A stretch of DNA of 64,000 bases from a virus, in the IMG/VR virus record IMGVR_UViG_3300047160_006886, positions 1 through 64,000 of that record, one strand, 5' to 3'. The notes under the pieces are model-generated. The model saw only the letters and a program-made list of their open reading frames with translations, had not been told where the DNA came from and searched no databases. The first letter of the stretch is position 1. Each line of letters begins with the position of its first letter. The position numbers and the translations under genes are program-made. This document shows positions 50,640-58,936 of the stretch, piece after piece.

Positions 50640-50936
50640 TCAAGTCCGTCGCTGTCGCCCCTTCTCCAGCCGCCTCTGGTCGCGACCATCCAGAAGTTTG
50701 TTGTCGACCTCGCAGTCCTCGTGAACTGCTCCTCTATCCTCCTCTTTCTCGCTGAAGTGATCCGGCTTCCAGCTCTTCCAGCCATCGAGCATCGCTGACA
50801 TGTCCTTCCGGATCGAGGAAAGGGTCATGATGAACCAGACCAGGAACATGATCGTCAGGACCAGTGACACAAAGCCGATGATGGCCGCGAAGGCCACTGC
50901 GTCATCGGAACCGCTGCTTGCAATTATCAGAGCCAT
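50640..50936 (-). CDS. Single-TM membrane protein
   Basis: Long hydrophobic helix; GGAGG RBS. Confidence 0.65.
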   Translation of the reverse strand: MALIIASSGSDDAVAFAAIIGFVSLVLTIMFLVWFIMTLSSIRKDMSAMLDGWKSWKPDHFSEKEEDRGAVHEDCEVDNKLLDGRDQRRLEKGRQRRT

Positions 50937-51030
50937 GTCTTCCTCCGTTCCAATCTCTCTGTCGCGATCATCAGCAATGTCAGTGCGACGAGGCAGATGA
51001 TCGCAAATGCCGAGTCCGCTTTTGGTTCTC

Positions 51031-51294
51031 CTAAGACTCCTTGATGATGGTCGCCTTGAAGTTCGGGAAGAACCCATCGTGGTAAGGATGCAGGCAGGTC
51101 GTCAGCCCACCAACCGGCACCACCGCTCGACCGCCGCCCGGAGCGATGGTCCCGCTGTTAAACTCACCACCATCGGCGACCGCAGAACGGTTCTGGTGAG
51201 TCTGGTTGATGAAGGTCACGGTCGCCGAACCGGAGTTGAGCCGGAGCACCGAGAGTGAGAAGCCGTGGGCGGTGATGAAGACGTCGTAGTTCAT
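51031..51294 (-). CDS. Cupredoxin (plastocyanin)-like fold protein lacking Cu ligands
   Basis: V.I...GF....L....G.TVTF.N....SA.AD.G.FNSG.I.PG...YH...P..KATII pattern. Confidence 0.55.
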   Translation of the reverse strand: MNYDVFITAHGFSLSVLRLNSGSATVTFINQTHQNRSAVADGGEFNSGTIAPGGGRAVVPVGGLTTCLHPYHDGFFPNFKATIIKES

Positions 51295-51300
51295 TTTGGT

Positions 51301-51861
51301 CTACTCCTCTTGTGGGTTGGTGGCTCCCTGGCCGAGGGAGTCGTCCCCGAACTGTGGATGCTGTTGCCTCAGTCGTTCCACTTGAGCCCGGATGATGGAT
51401 CGCAACTGAGCCGCCTCGATCTCCTGCCGTTCTCTCTTCAGATCTTCCATGTGAGCGACCAGAGCACGGACCGCCTTGAGCACGACGATCTGAAGAGCGA
51501 AGAGGTCGATGGCGGATAGTGGAGCATCACTCCGGATGAGATCCTCTGCAGAGCTGATCGCCTCATCGAGCTGAGCTACCAGGGCCGGCTTCTCCAGCTC
51601 TTCGATGGCTTCCTTCTCGACCTTGTCGGTCATAGCACCCATCGCTTCCTGGTCCTCATAGAGCCGCTGCATCCGCTGCTGAATGGCCCTGTTCTGCTCC
51701 GGGGTCAGTTCTTGCTCCTTCTCCCGCTTCGAGGCGATCCACCTGGCACACTTAACGCAAGAGTGACCGTGGTTGATGATCGCGGCATACTCAGCGTTGG
51801 TGCCGGCTGACTTCGAGAGTCGCTCGGCCAGCTGACGGAACTCTTCGCAGGTAAGCATCAT
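51301..51861 (-). CDS. zf-HC2 (ZAS-like) N-terminal finger + coiled coil
   Basis: LTCEEFRQL...HGHSCVKC. Confidence 0.65.
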   Translation of the reverse strand: MMLTCEEFRQLAERLSKSAGTNAEYAAIINHGHSCVKCARWIASKREKEQELTPEQNRAIQQRMQRLYEDQEAMGAMTDKVEKEAIEELEKPALVAQLDEAISSAEDLIRSDAPLSAIDLFALQIVVLKAVRALVAHMEDLKRERQEIEAAQLRSIIRAQVERLRQQHPQFGDDSLGQGATNPQEE

Positions 51862-52631
51862 GGTTCTCCGTTGGGCTTGTTTTCACCATCAGCAGCCGGC
51901 GGTGGAATCGCCTTGACTTCTCTCGCCTCCCTTATCCTTCGCTCGACCGGATCTTCCTCTCCGCTCTTCCTGCCCCTGGCAGCCTGGTCGGCGTAGAGCT
52001 TGTCGAGATCCAGGGTCATGAGGTTGACGTCGTGCTGGTGCTTCTCGGTCAGCGAGTACTTGGCGGCCAGGCCGAGGGCAAAGGTCTTCGAGACGAACCG
52101 GACGCGAGCCCTGTCCTTCTCGACCCAATCTTCGACCTCCTCTTCATCTCCGGCGTCGTTCTTGACTTTCCTCTTGGTCAGCACCTCGACGTGCTCGATG
52201 TCGACGGCCTCGATCATCCGTTTGATGTGGATCGGCAGTTCCTTGTATGCCTCGATATCGATGACCCAGCCGCCCTGATCCGGCGTGAACCAATCCAAGA
52301 GCGAGACGTTGACGACCTCGGATATCCGCTGCCGGATGTCCTGTGCTTCGAGGACGGTCTGCTCTTCGATGATCTTGAGTAACCGATTGACCTCGATCAC
52401 CACGAGCGGATACAGCTCTGGATCGAGCCACTGGAATCCCTGAGACGTCGCCGACCGTTCACTGATCCCGGCCGCGAGGGCCGATGCCTTCACGTCCTTT
52501 GACTTGACGTACTCGTCGACGAAGATGCGTTGCTTGGCCGTCAATCGCTTCTTCCGAGAGTTGTACGCCGCCATCTGGGCCTTCTTGGCACGTCTGGAGT
52601 CGCTGTCGGAATTTGTTAGGAACTGCGTCAC
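51858..52631 (-). CDS. terS: Terminase small subunit
   Basis: LTAKQRIFVDEY.....ASALAAG.S..SA...G...L HTH typical of Terminase_2. Confidence 0.85.
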   Translation of the reverse strand: MTQFLTNSDSDSRRAKKAQMAAYNSRKKRLTAKQRIFVDEYVKSKDVKASALAAGISERSATSQGFQWLDPELYPLVVIEVNRLLKIIEEQTVLEAQDIRQRISEVVNVSLLDWFTPDQGGWVIDIEAYKELPIHIKRMIEAVDIEHVEVLTKRKVKNDAGDEEEVEDWVEKDRARVRFVSKTFALGLAAKYSLTEKHQHDVNLMTLDLDKLYADQAARGRKSGEEDPVERRIREAREVKAIPPPAADGENKPNGEP

Positions 52632-52649
52632 TTCGTCACTTCCTCGATC

Positions 52650-53093
52650 CTACAGTGCCACCCTCAGCGGTGTCATGTCCAGGTGCCTGCCTCCCTGCAT
52701 CGCATGATCCTGCTTCTCTCGCATCTCCTCTCGCAGCTCCCGTTCCATCGTTCGGACGGCCTTTGACACCCCTCCGTCGATGACCGTCTCTGGATCAAGT
52801 GGAGTAGCTATGCCCTTCCCTTTGCCGGTGCTGATCCTGTCTGTCGGCCTGTCCGTCCTGCCGAACACCCCTCGATGGTACAGCATCCTGACCACGTGGC
52901 GGAACAGACCCCAGAGCAGTGTGGGAGGCAGGGATGAAATGGCCTTCAGCAGATCCTCGAACTGAGCATCATCGCTTCCATCCGTCGGTTCCCTGCCCCG
53001 CATTCCCACACCCTGGGTGTGAGGGACCGACGAATGGACGACGGGAATGTGTTCGAATACTTGCTTCTCTCGGGCGTGTTCGAGGAACGCCAT
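52650..53093 (-). CDS. Hypothetical protein, first gene of the packaging operon
   Basis: CAGGAGA RBS before ATG 53093. Confidence 0.55.
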   Translation of the reverse strand: MAFLEHAREKQVFEHIPVVHSSVPHTQGVGMRGREPTDGSDDAQFEDLLKAISSLPPTLLWGLFRHVVRMLYHRGVFGRTDRPTDRISTGKGKGIATPLDPETVIDGGVSKAVRTMERELREEMREKQDHAMQGGRHLDMTPLRVAL

Positions 53094-53310
53094 GAAATTC
53101 TTCTCCTGATGTCTACCTCGAATTATACGGACCGGGAAAGGAAAGAACCAAAAGAAAAAATTCATCCCAACAAAAAACGAAAGAAACATTTTTCATTTTA
53201 CCTGTGATATAATCACAGTGGGAAAATCCTTTCTTTCTTTTTCTTTTCTTATCTTTTATTCTTAGCAAGGAGGTAGAAACAGATGCAAGGCGACGTTGTA
53301 GAAAAACAAT
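53094..53310. promoter_or_regulatory. AT-rich island upstream of the terS operon with divergent -10 boxes
   Basis: Minus-strand TATAAT at 53122-53127; plus-strand TGATATAAT near 53205-53213; long A and T tracts. Confidence 0.55.
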
Positions 53311-53319
53311 GTTCCCGAT

Positions 53320-53433
53320 GTCTGACCGAAGTGAGTATCCGGCTGAACCACAGAACGGCTCGATGATGGTGTCATGAATCGGAGGCGGATACTTCGGAGC
53401 CAGACGCCACTTGCCGCCAAGGTAGGTGAACAT
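53320..53433 (-). pseudogene. Truncated Dam-type DNA adenine methyltransferase (N-terminal fragment)
   Basis: MFTYLGGKWRLAPKYP....TIIEPFCGSAGYSL, then runs into AT-rich sequence with no DPPY. Confidence 0.75.
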
Positions 53434-53503
53434 CGGCTCCAGACCTAAATTCCTCCGCATCCTCATAGCAGAATAATTCCTCAAGAAATCTCCAGATCGA
53501 TGC

Positions 53504-53531
53504 TTGACTTCGCGTCTCCAGACGTTATACT
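53504..53531 (+). promoter_or_regulatory. sigma70-like promoter
   Basis: TTGACT-16 nt-TATACT upstream of the only plus-strand gene. Confidence 0.65.
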
Positions 53532-53617
53532 TGCAAGTAGATTCGAGTTGATGGTTTAGGGACGTATCCCTTGGCGGCTCGAATCAGGAAACACTCGCCC
53601 GACAGGAGATCAGTATC

Positions 53618-54217
53618 ATGGCAGCCATTACCCTCACCGGAACCCAGGTTCGCGTCCTCAAGGCACTGGCCAGTGTCAAGACCGCCGGCGGATCGCTCAC
53701 CCGCAAGCAGATCGCGGCCAAGGCGTTCAACGGCAACTCGGTCAACTTCGTCCCCATCCTGGACCCGCTCCTCAAGGCCAAGTACGTCAAGCAGATCGAG
53801 AGTGACGAGGGCGGTGCGGACGATGCGTCCCATACCAGCTTCGCCATCACCGCTCCCGGTCGTGCGGCAGCGAGCAAAGCCCCTGAGCATCCCGTCCGGG
53901 GCAACGGCTCCACCGAGCACAAGTCCCTGCCCAAGGTCGGCGAGAGCTTCACCAAAACGTACAACGGTAAGGATTACAAGGTCACTCGCACCGAGGCCGG
54001 GTTCCGTTATGCGGGTAAGGAATACGCATCCCTCACCGCGACCGCCAAGGCCGTTCGTGGTACCGATCAGGAGGTCAACGGCTGGCTGTTCTTCGGATTC
54101 GTGAAGCCCAAGGCGGGCGAGGCCAAGCCAGCCAAGACCACGACCGGCAAACCGAAGGCCAAGAAGGCGAAGGCGGCTCCGGCCGAGGCTCCGGTCCCGG
54201 CGACCACAGCCAGCTAA
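53618..54217 (+). CDS. wHTH + DUF2924 (RAMA-like) + Lys/Ala-rich tail DNA-binding protein
   Basis: N-terminal winged helix; PKVG..FTKTYNG..YKV.....F.Y.GKEYASLTATAKAVRG...NGWLFFG; own promoter, AGGAG RBS and terminator. Confidence 0.85.
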   Translation: MAAITLTGTQVRVLKALASVKTAGGSLTRKQIAAKAFNGNSVNFVPILDPLLKAKYVKQIESDEGGADDASHTSFAITAPGRAAASKAPEHPVRGNGSTEHKSLPKVGESFTKTYNGKDYKVTRTEAGFRYAGKEYASLTATAKAVRGTDQEVNGWLFFGFVKPKAGEAKPAKTTTGKPKAKKAKAAPAEAPVPATTAS

Positions 54218-54241
54218 GCCTAACCACAACCCAACGCTGCT

Positions 54242-54272
54242 ACCCCCAGGAAACCCCTGGGGGTTTTCTTTT
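54242..54272 (+). terminator. Rho-independent terminator
   Basis: ACCCCCAGG-AAACC-CCTGGGGGT followed by TTTCTTTT. Confidence 0.85.
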
Positions 54273-54335
54273 GCCCTTTGCTTCGATTCTTTGGCCCCGC
54301 CGTACGATCCGGGTGAACGCCCTTGGCTAATCTCC

Positions 54336-55790
54336 CTACCCACGCTTCCCGTCCCTGGTTGCACGCAATTTCGACCACTTCATTCCATCCCGTTCCCGCA
54401 CTGGGTCAATACCTGCATATGAAGAGAACCGATCCAGGCAGACATCCACGTATCTTGGCTCAATCTCCACGGCGTAACATACGCGAGCGGTCTGTTGGGC
54501 AGCGATGATCGTGGTTCCACTCCCAACGTAGATATCCGTCACCACGTCGCCAGGATCGGTGTGCCGCAGGATAGCGTTGACAGGTAACTCAACAGGCTTG
54601 GTAGTTGCGTGGTCCGGCGAACGTAATGGGTTATCTACTTCCCATATCGTTGTGCGGAACTCTCCCGCGTCCCTTTTCTTGTGTGTCCGTTTCCAAGTGA
54701 AGAGGATAGGTTCGTGCTGATAGTCGTAGTCAAGACGGTTCAGCGAGAACGTGGCTCGATTCTTCTTCCAGATAATGACGTGCTTGACGGGTAGTTTCGC
54801 GTCTTGCATAAGTAGCAGCATCGTTAAACCCAAGTCACCTCCCTGAGCCGAACAGACAAATACTGAGCAGTCATCAGCAAGGTGCGGATAACAGGCGTTA
54901 AATCCCTTCACTAACACTTCGCGCAGATCTTTCGGAGCAATAGAATCGTCTTTGATATCTACTAAACAGCGTCCAGCCTTCTGGACGCTGTTTAGCAGCC
55001 TATTCTTAGCTCCAATCGATACTCCATAAGGCGGATCAGTAAAAAGCAACGTCGCCAGCTTCCCGTTCATCACTTTCTTCAGACATCGAGGATCTGTGGA
55101 GTCACCGCACAGCAATCGATGTTCACCAAGAAACCAGAGGTCTCCGACTGATGACAATGGCTCTCGTGGTGGCTCGGGGACCTCATTCGGGTCTCCCTGT
55201 GCCTTTGGCTGCAGCATTAGTCGCAGACCAACAATCTCTTGCGGAGTCCATCCCGGCATGATCGACTGGCCGGCTGCACTGCACATCCGCTCGATCCGGC
55301 CGACGACCTCGAAGTCCCAGCGGGCGTGCTCGGCCGTGCGGTTGTCGGCCACCCCGTACCCGGCGGCGGCCACGTCGTCGAGGTCGGTCCAGATCACCCC
55401 GGCCTTGGTCCAGGACATCTGCTTCATCGCTTCGAGCGTGCCGTTGCCCTTGATCACGATCCGGCTCTTCCTCCTCACCACCAGCGGGGTCTGCTGACCG
55501 TAGATCGACAACGACAGCTTGATGCTGTCGATGTTCCGCTCGGGGTGGAGGCGGGCGTTCATCGGATCGGGCTTCAAGGTCTTGATGTCCACGATCTCGA
55601 CTTTGGACAACGACTTGGCGATGAAGTCCTTCCGCTCGGGGATGGCCGGAGCGGCGAGAGCCTCGTCGGCCTTGCCGTCCCCATCTGCTTGCTGAGGTTT
55701 GGACAGCATCCCGGCAGGACCACGGTTCGTCAACTTGCCACTGGACTTCGAGAGCAGTCCCGAGGGACCGCGATTGGTCAGACTTGGCAT
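54336..55790 (-). CDS. ParB-like N-terminal domain + N6/N4 DNA methyltransferase
   Basis: LKPDPMNARLH...GNGTLEA...ADNRTAE; HRLLCGDS, TDPPYG, HATTKPVEL and DIYVGSGTT. Confidence 0.9.
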   Translation of the reverse strand: MPSLTNRGPSGLLSKSSGKLTNRGPAGMLSKPQQADGDGKADEALAAPAIPERKDFIAKSLSKVEIVDIKTLKPDPMNARLHPERNIDSIKLSLSIYGQQTPLVVRRKSRIVIKGNGTLEAMKQMSWTKAGVIWTDLDDVAAAGYGVADNRTAEHARWDFEVVGRIERMCSAAGQSIMPGWTPQEIVGLRLMLQPKAQGDPNEVPEPPREPLSSVGDLWFLGEHRLLCGDSTDPRCLKKVMNGKLATLLFTDPPYGVSIGAKNRLLNSVQKAGRCLVDIKDDSIAPKDLREVLVKGFNACYPHLADDCSVFVCSAQGGDLGLTMLLLMQDAKLPVKHVIIWKKNRATFSLNRLDYDYQHEPILFTWKRTHKKRDAGEFRTTIWEVDNPLRSPDHATTKPVELPVNAILRHTDPGDVVTDIYVGSGTTIIAAQQTARVCYAVEIEPRYVDVCLDRFSSYAGIDPVRERDGMKWSKLRATRDGKRG

Positions 55791-55794
55791 GGGT

Positions 55795-56628
55795 TCAGTT
55801 CCTTGTAATAAGTGCCTCGTGTTTGTCTTTGTTCGCCGCCGTTCTGCTCGTTTGCTTGTGCCAATTCCACCCGTGACGGTACAGCGACCGGGCGAGTTCG
55901 CAGTCTCCTAGCCTCACGACGATCTGGGCGTGCTCGAACTCCGACAAGCATCTCGCCAGTCTTTCGTGATCAGTAAACGAGAGCGTGTGCAGATAAGAGT
56001 CTCCGTCTCCCGGCCACGGAGGATCGCAGTAAATGCCGTGTTCTTTCTTGTCCTGACATCTGCTCAGGAACTCGAAGGCGTCGAGGCAGACGAACGTGCA
56101 TCGAGACAGGATACGTCTCCACTCGCGGAGCGACATCACAGCATTGTGAAACCGTACGGCAGAGTCTCCTCCCCCAGCTTCCCATCTGACGGACAAACCA
56201 GCGTCAAATTCATCTTTCGTACCGGCCTTCCCGTTCCTCGACATCCATGCGGATGTAAAGTACTTCATCGCTGACACAACGTCCGGACAGTCCGGTCGAT
56301 TGTTTCGACACCAACTCTGCGACTCGACCAGCGTCGTCGGATGGAAAGGCAGCCTCCGCAACATCCTCCACATCTTCGGTCCGATGACCGGATCGGCAAC
56401 ACAAACCGCGAGGTTGATCACGTGACCGTGCAGATCGTTGACCACGACGGTGCGGGCGTTGATGTAAGTAATCTCGCACATTCCTCCCGCGAACGGAACG
56501 CCGACCCACGAGCGACGGCCGAGCAAATCTCCCACGTTCTTCGCCAAGATACGGTTGCTGCCGTACCAAGGCACCAACGCCTTGATCTTGGGCAACCTGG
56601 TCGTGGTCCGCTGATCAGCTCTTGGCAT
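55795..56628 (-). CDS. Dam-like (D12 class) DNA adenine methyltransferase
   Basis: PWYGSN, VPFAGG, VVNDL and YCDPPW (variant of DPPY). Confidence 0.85.
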   Translation of the reverse strand: MPRADQRTTTRLPKIKALVPWYGSNRILAKNVGDLLGRRSWVGVPFAGGMCEITYINARTVVVNDLHGHVINLAVCVADPVIGPKMWRMLRRLPFHPTTLVESQSWCRNNRPDCPDVVSAMKYFTSAWMSRNGKAGTKDEFDAGLSVRWEAGGGDSAVRFHNAVMSLREWRRILSRCTFVCLDAFEFLSRCQDKKEHGIYCDPPWPGDGDSYLHTLSFTDHERLARCLSEFEHAQIVVRLGDCELARSLYRHGWNWHKQTSRTAANKDKHEALITRN

Positions 56629-58936
56629 CGCGCATTACCCTCCCGAACAGTCCTCTCATACTTTCCGTCAGCCGCCACATTTCCTGCCCCTCGACCACCC
56701 CGGCCGTCCCTCCCTTGTGATAATACTCGGTCACGCCGATGGCCCGGAGGAACCGCAGCAGCTTCGTGGTGCGGTCGTGGGTCTGGTTGGTCACCGTGGC
56801 AATCCCCGAGCGGTGATTGCCCTGCGTGCCCTGCTTGAACAACCAACGGACCATGTCGAGCGTGGTCCCTCGGGCCGTGTCGAAGGCGATCTGTCGGACC
56901 TGGGCCATCACCGGCTCGTCCACGCTCTTCCTTTGATACACGCCGGCGAGGCAGATGGCCAGCTTGCCGATCTGGCCGACGAGGCGGGACGACAGCTCCC
57001 GCGATGAGTGCTCCTCCTGATGCCGCGACGGTCTGGCCCGCAAGCAACTCACAAACTTGCCGAGGTCATTGCAACGCTCGGCGATCTCCTCGTCGACCGC
57101 CACACCGTGCAGGATCTGCACGTCTTGCTCGCGGAGGAAGTTGACGTACCCGGCCGTCATCTGCATCGCCAAGACCATCTCCTTCGAGCGAGTCAAGGCG
57201 ATGGAGGACTCGTCGCCGTTCTCGGTGGCGTTGCGGACCACCCGCCAGAACGTCCTGAGACCGATGTTCCGCTCGGAGTCCTCGTCGATCTTCTCCATCA
57301 TCACCACGTCGAGGAAGCGCTCGCCCAGCTCCGAGGAGTCGATCTTCCGCAGCGAGTCCGTGCCGCAGATGATGATGCCGAGCTTGATGTTGTCGTACCG
57401 CCGCGAGATGCCGTGGAGGTAATGGACCCTGGCCGCCCCGTCGTACAGGTCTCGCAGCTCGCCGAAGACCTTCGACGGATCGGCCGAGGTCAAGAGCGTG
57501 TCGCCGTCCTTGATCACGAGCGTCTTGTTCTGAATCAGGGGCACCAGGCCGTGATCCTCCTCCCCCTTCTTGTCGGTCTTCCACCCCGAGTGCATGCCGG
57601 TCATCTTCGAGAGCGGGAACACCCAGTCGGTGGCCACGGCCAGGGCTTCGCACAAAGTGCTCTTGCCGGTCGAGGCGGGCGACATCACTTTGATCCAAAG
57701 GGGGTCATCGGACAACCGGGTCGAGAGCACGGTCGCGAGCATCGCCGCCAGAGCCTTCTCCAACCCCTCGGACCACTCCATCGCCTTCCGCCAACAGTTC
57801 TTCAGCTCGGCCCACGATTCGCACCGGAGAGGCTCGATCTGGACCGACCCCGGCCTCGACGCTGGCGACGACGACGTGGACAGCCATTCGGACGGGATGG
57901 GCTTGATCTTCGGCAGCAGCTCCTCGCCGAGCAGCTTGATCCGTTCTGGCAACGTCTCTCCTTGCGACAAGAGATCCCGCACGTCGAAGCCGGACTTCAG
58001 GCTTGGGTCATAGCCGAACACGCCCCACTCCAGCCACTCGACCCTCGACGGCTTCTTCTCGGCAGCAGACAAGATCCTGACCGCCCGCTTCGAGGCGTCG
58101 AACCCGGCTGGAGGCACGTCCTGACCGTTGTATTGCCTCGGATGGTCCGAATCGAAGCACAGGATCACCCGCTTGCCGGCGAACAGCGGAGCCCATTTTG
58201 CGAACGGCGTGCCGACCGATCCGCAGCCAGGGATTGCCAGCACGGCTGACCCGGCGAGCAACGAAGACGATTCCGACCCCGTCTCGGCCAAGCCGTCCTC
58301 CGTCTCCTTCGCGGACTTCAACACCTCCCACAAGGCCATCCCGTCCCAGGGACCTTCCGTCAAGTGAATGCTCGTCGCTTTCCGGTCCCACGTCATCGGA
58401 GCGAACAGGCCGTGGCCAAGACCGGACGTGGCGTGCAACTCCATCCTGCCTGACTTGCCCTTGACCAACTTGTAAAGTTGACAAAACTTGCCATTGACGT
58501 CGTAAGCAGGCAACAACCAATTGCCATTGATGATCGATCTCGCGACTCCCCACTGGGTCAGCGTGTCGGGCCAGAGCAGCTTCCTCTCCTCGGCCAGGGC
58601 CTTCGTGTGCCCGTTCGTGCGCTCATACGATCTCTGCCACAGGCACTTGAGGAACGACAGCACGTTGCCGCCGACCTTTGGACCCTCCTTCGTCTCGTGC
58701 TGACCCTCGGGACACACCCAGCACCGCCACTGGCCAGTCTCGATCTTGACGTTGAACTTCCCTTCGCGACCGCAGAAGGGACAATCGGAGATCGCTTCCC
58801 GACCGTTGACTCGGGGATCGAGTCCGTGGAACCGAAAAGGCTTGAGGAAGTCCTGTCCCTGCCCGTCACCTGGTGGAAGCGAAGTCTCTCGGACTTGACT
58901 TCCCGTTGCTGCTGACCTTTGCTCTGCCGTTGGCAT
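56615..58936 (-). CDS. Primase-helicase (Zn-binding + TOPRIM + AAA+/MCM-like helicase)
   Basis: CPFC...CWVC; LTEGPWDG and FDSD; Walker A SPASTGKS, VIKDGD and LGERFL. Confidence 0.85.
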   Translation of the reverse strand: MPTAEQRSAATGSQVRETSLPPGDGQGQDFLKPFRFHGLDPRVNGREAISDCPFCGREGKFNVKIETGQWRCWVCPEGQHETKEGPKVGGNVLSFLKCLWQRSYERTNGHTKALAEERKLLWPDTLTQWGVARSIINGNWLLPAYDVNGKFCQLYKLVKGKSGRMELHATSGLGHGLFAPMTWDRKATSIHLTEGPWDGMALWEVLKSAKETEDGLAETGSESSSLLAGSAVLAIPGCGSVGTPFAKWAPLFAGKRVILCFDSDHPRQYNGQDVPPAGFDASKRAVRILSAAEKKPSRVEWLEWGVFGYDPSLKSGFDVRDLLSQGETLPERIKLLGEELLPKIKPIPSEWLSTSSSPASRPGSVQIEPLRCESWAELKNCWRKAMEWSEGLEKALAAMLATVLSTRLSDDPLWIKVMSPASTGKSTLCEALAVATDWVFPLSKMTGMHSGWKTDKKGEEDHGLVPLIQNKTLVIKDGDTLLTSADPSKVFGELRDLYDGAARVHYLHGISRRYDNIKLGIIICGTDSLRKIDSSELGERFLDVVMMEKIDEDSERNIGLRTFWRVVRNATENGDESSIALTRSKEMVLAMQMTAGYVNFLREQDVQILHGVAVDEEIAERCNDLGKFVSCLRARPSRHQEEHSSRELSSRLVGQIGKLAICLAGVYQRKSVDEPVMAQVRQIAFDTARGTTLDMVRWLFKQGTQGNHRSGIATVTNQTHDRTTKLLRFLRAIGVTEYYHKGGTAGVVEGQEMWRLTESMRGLFGRVMRDAKS

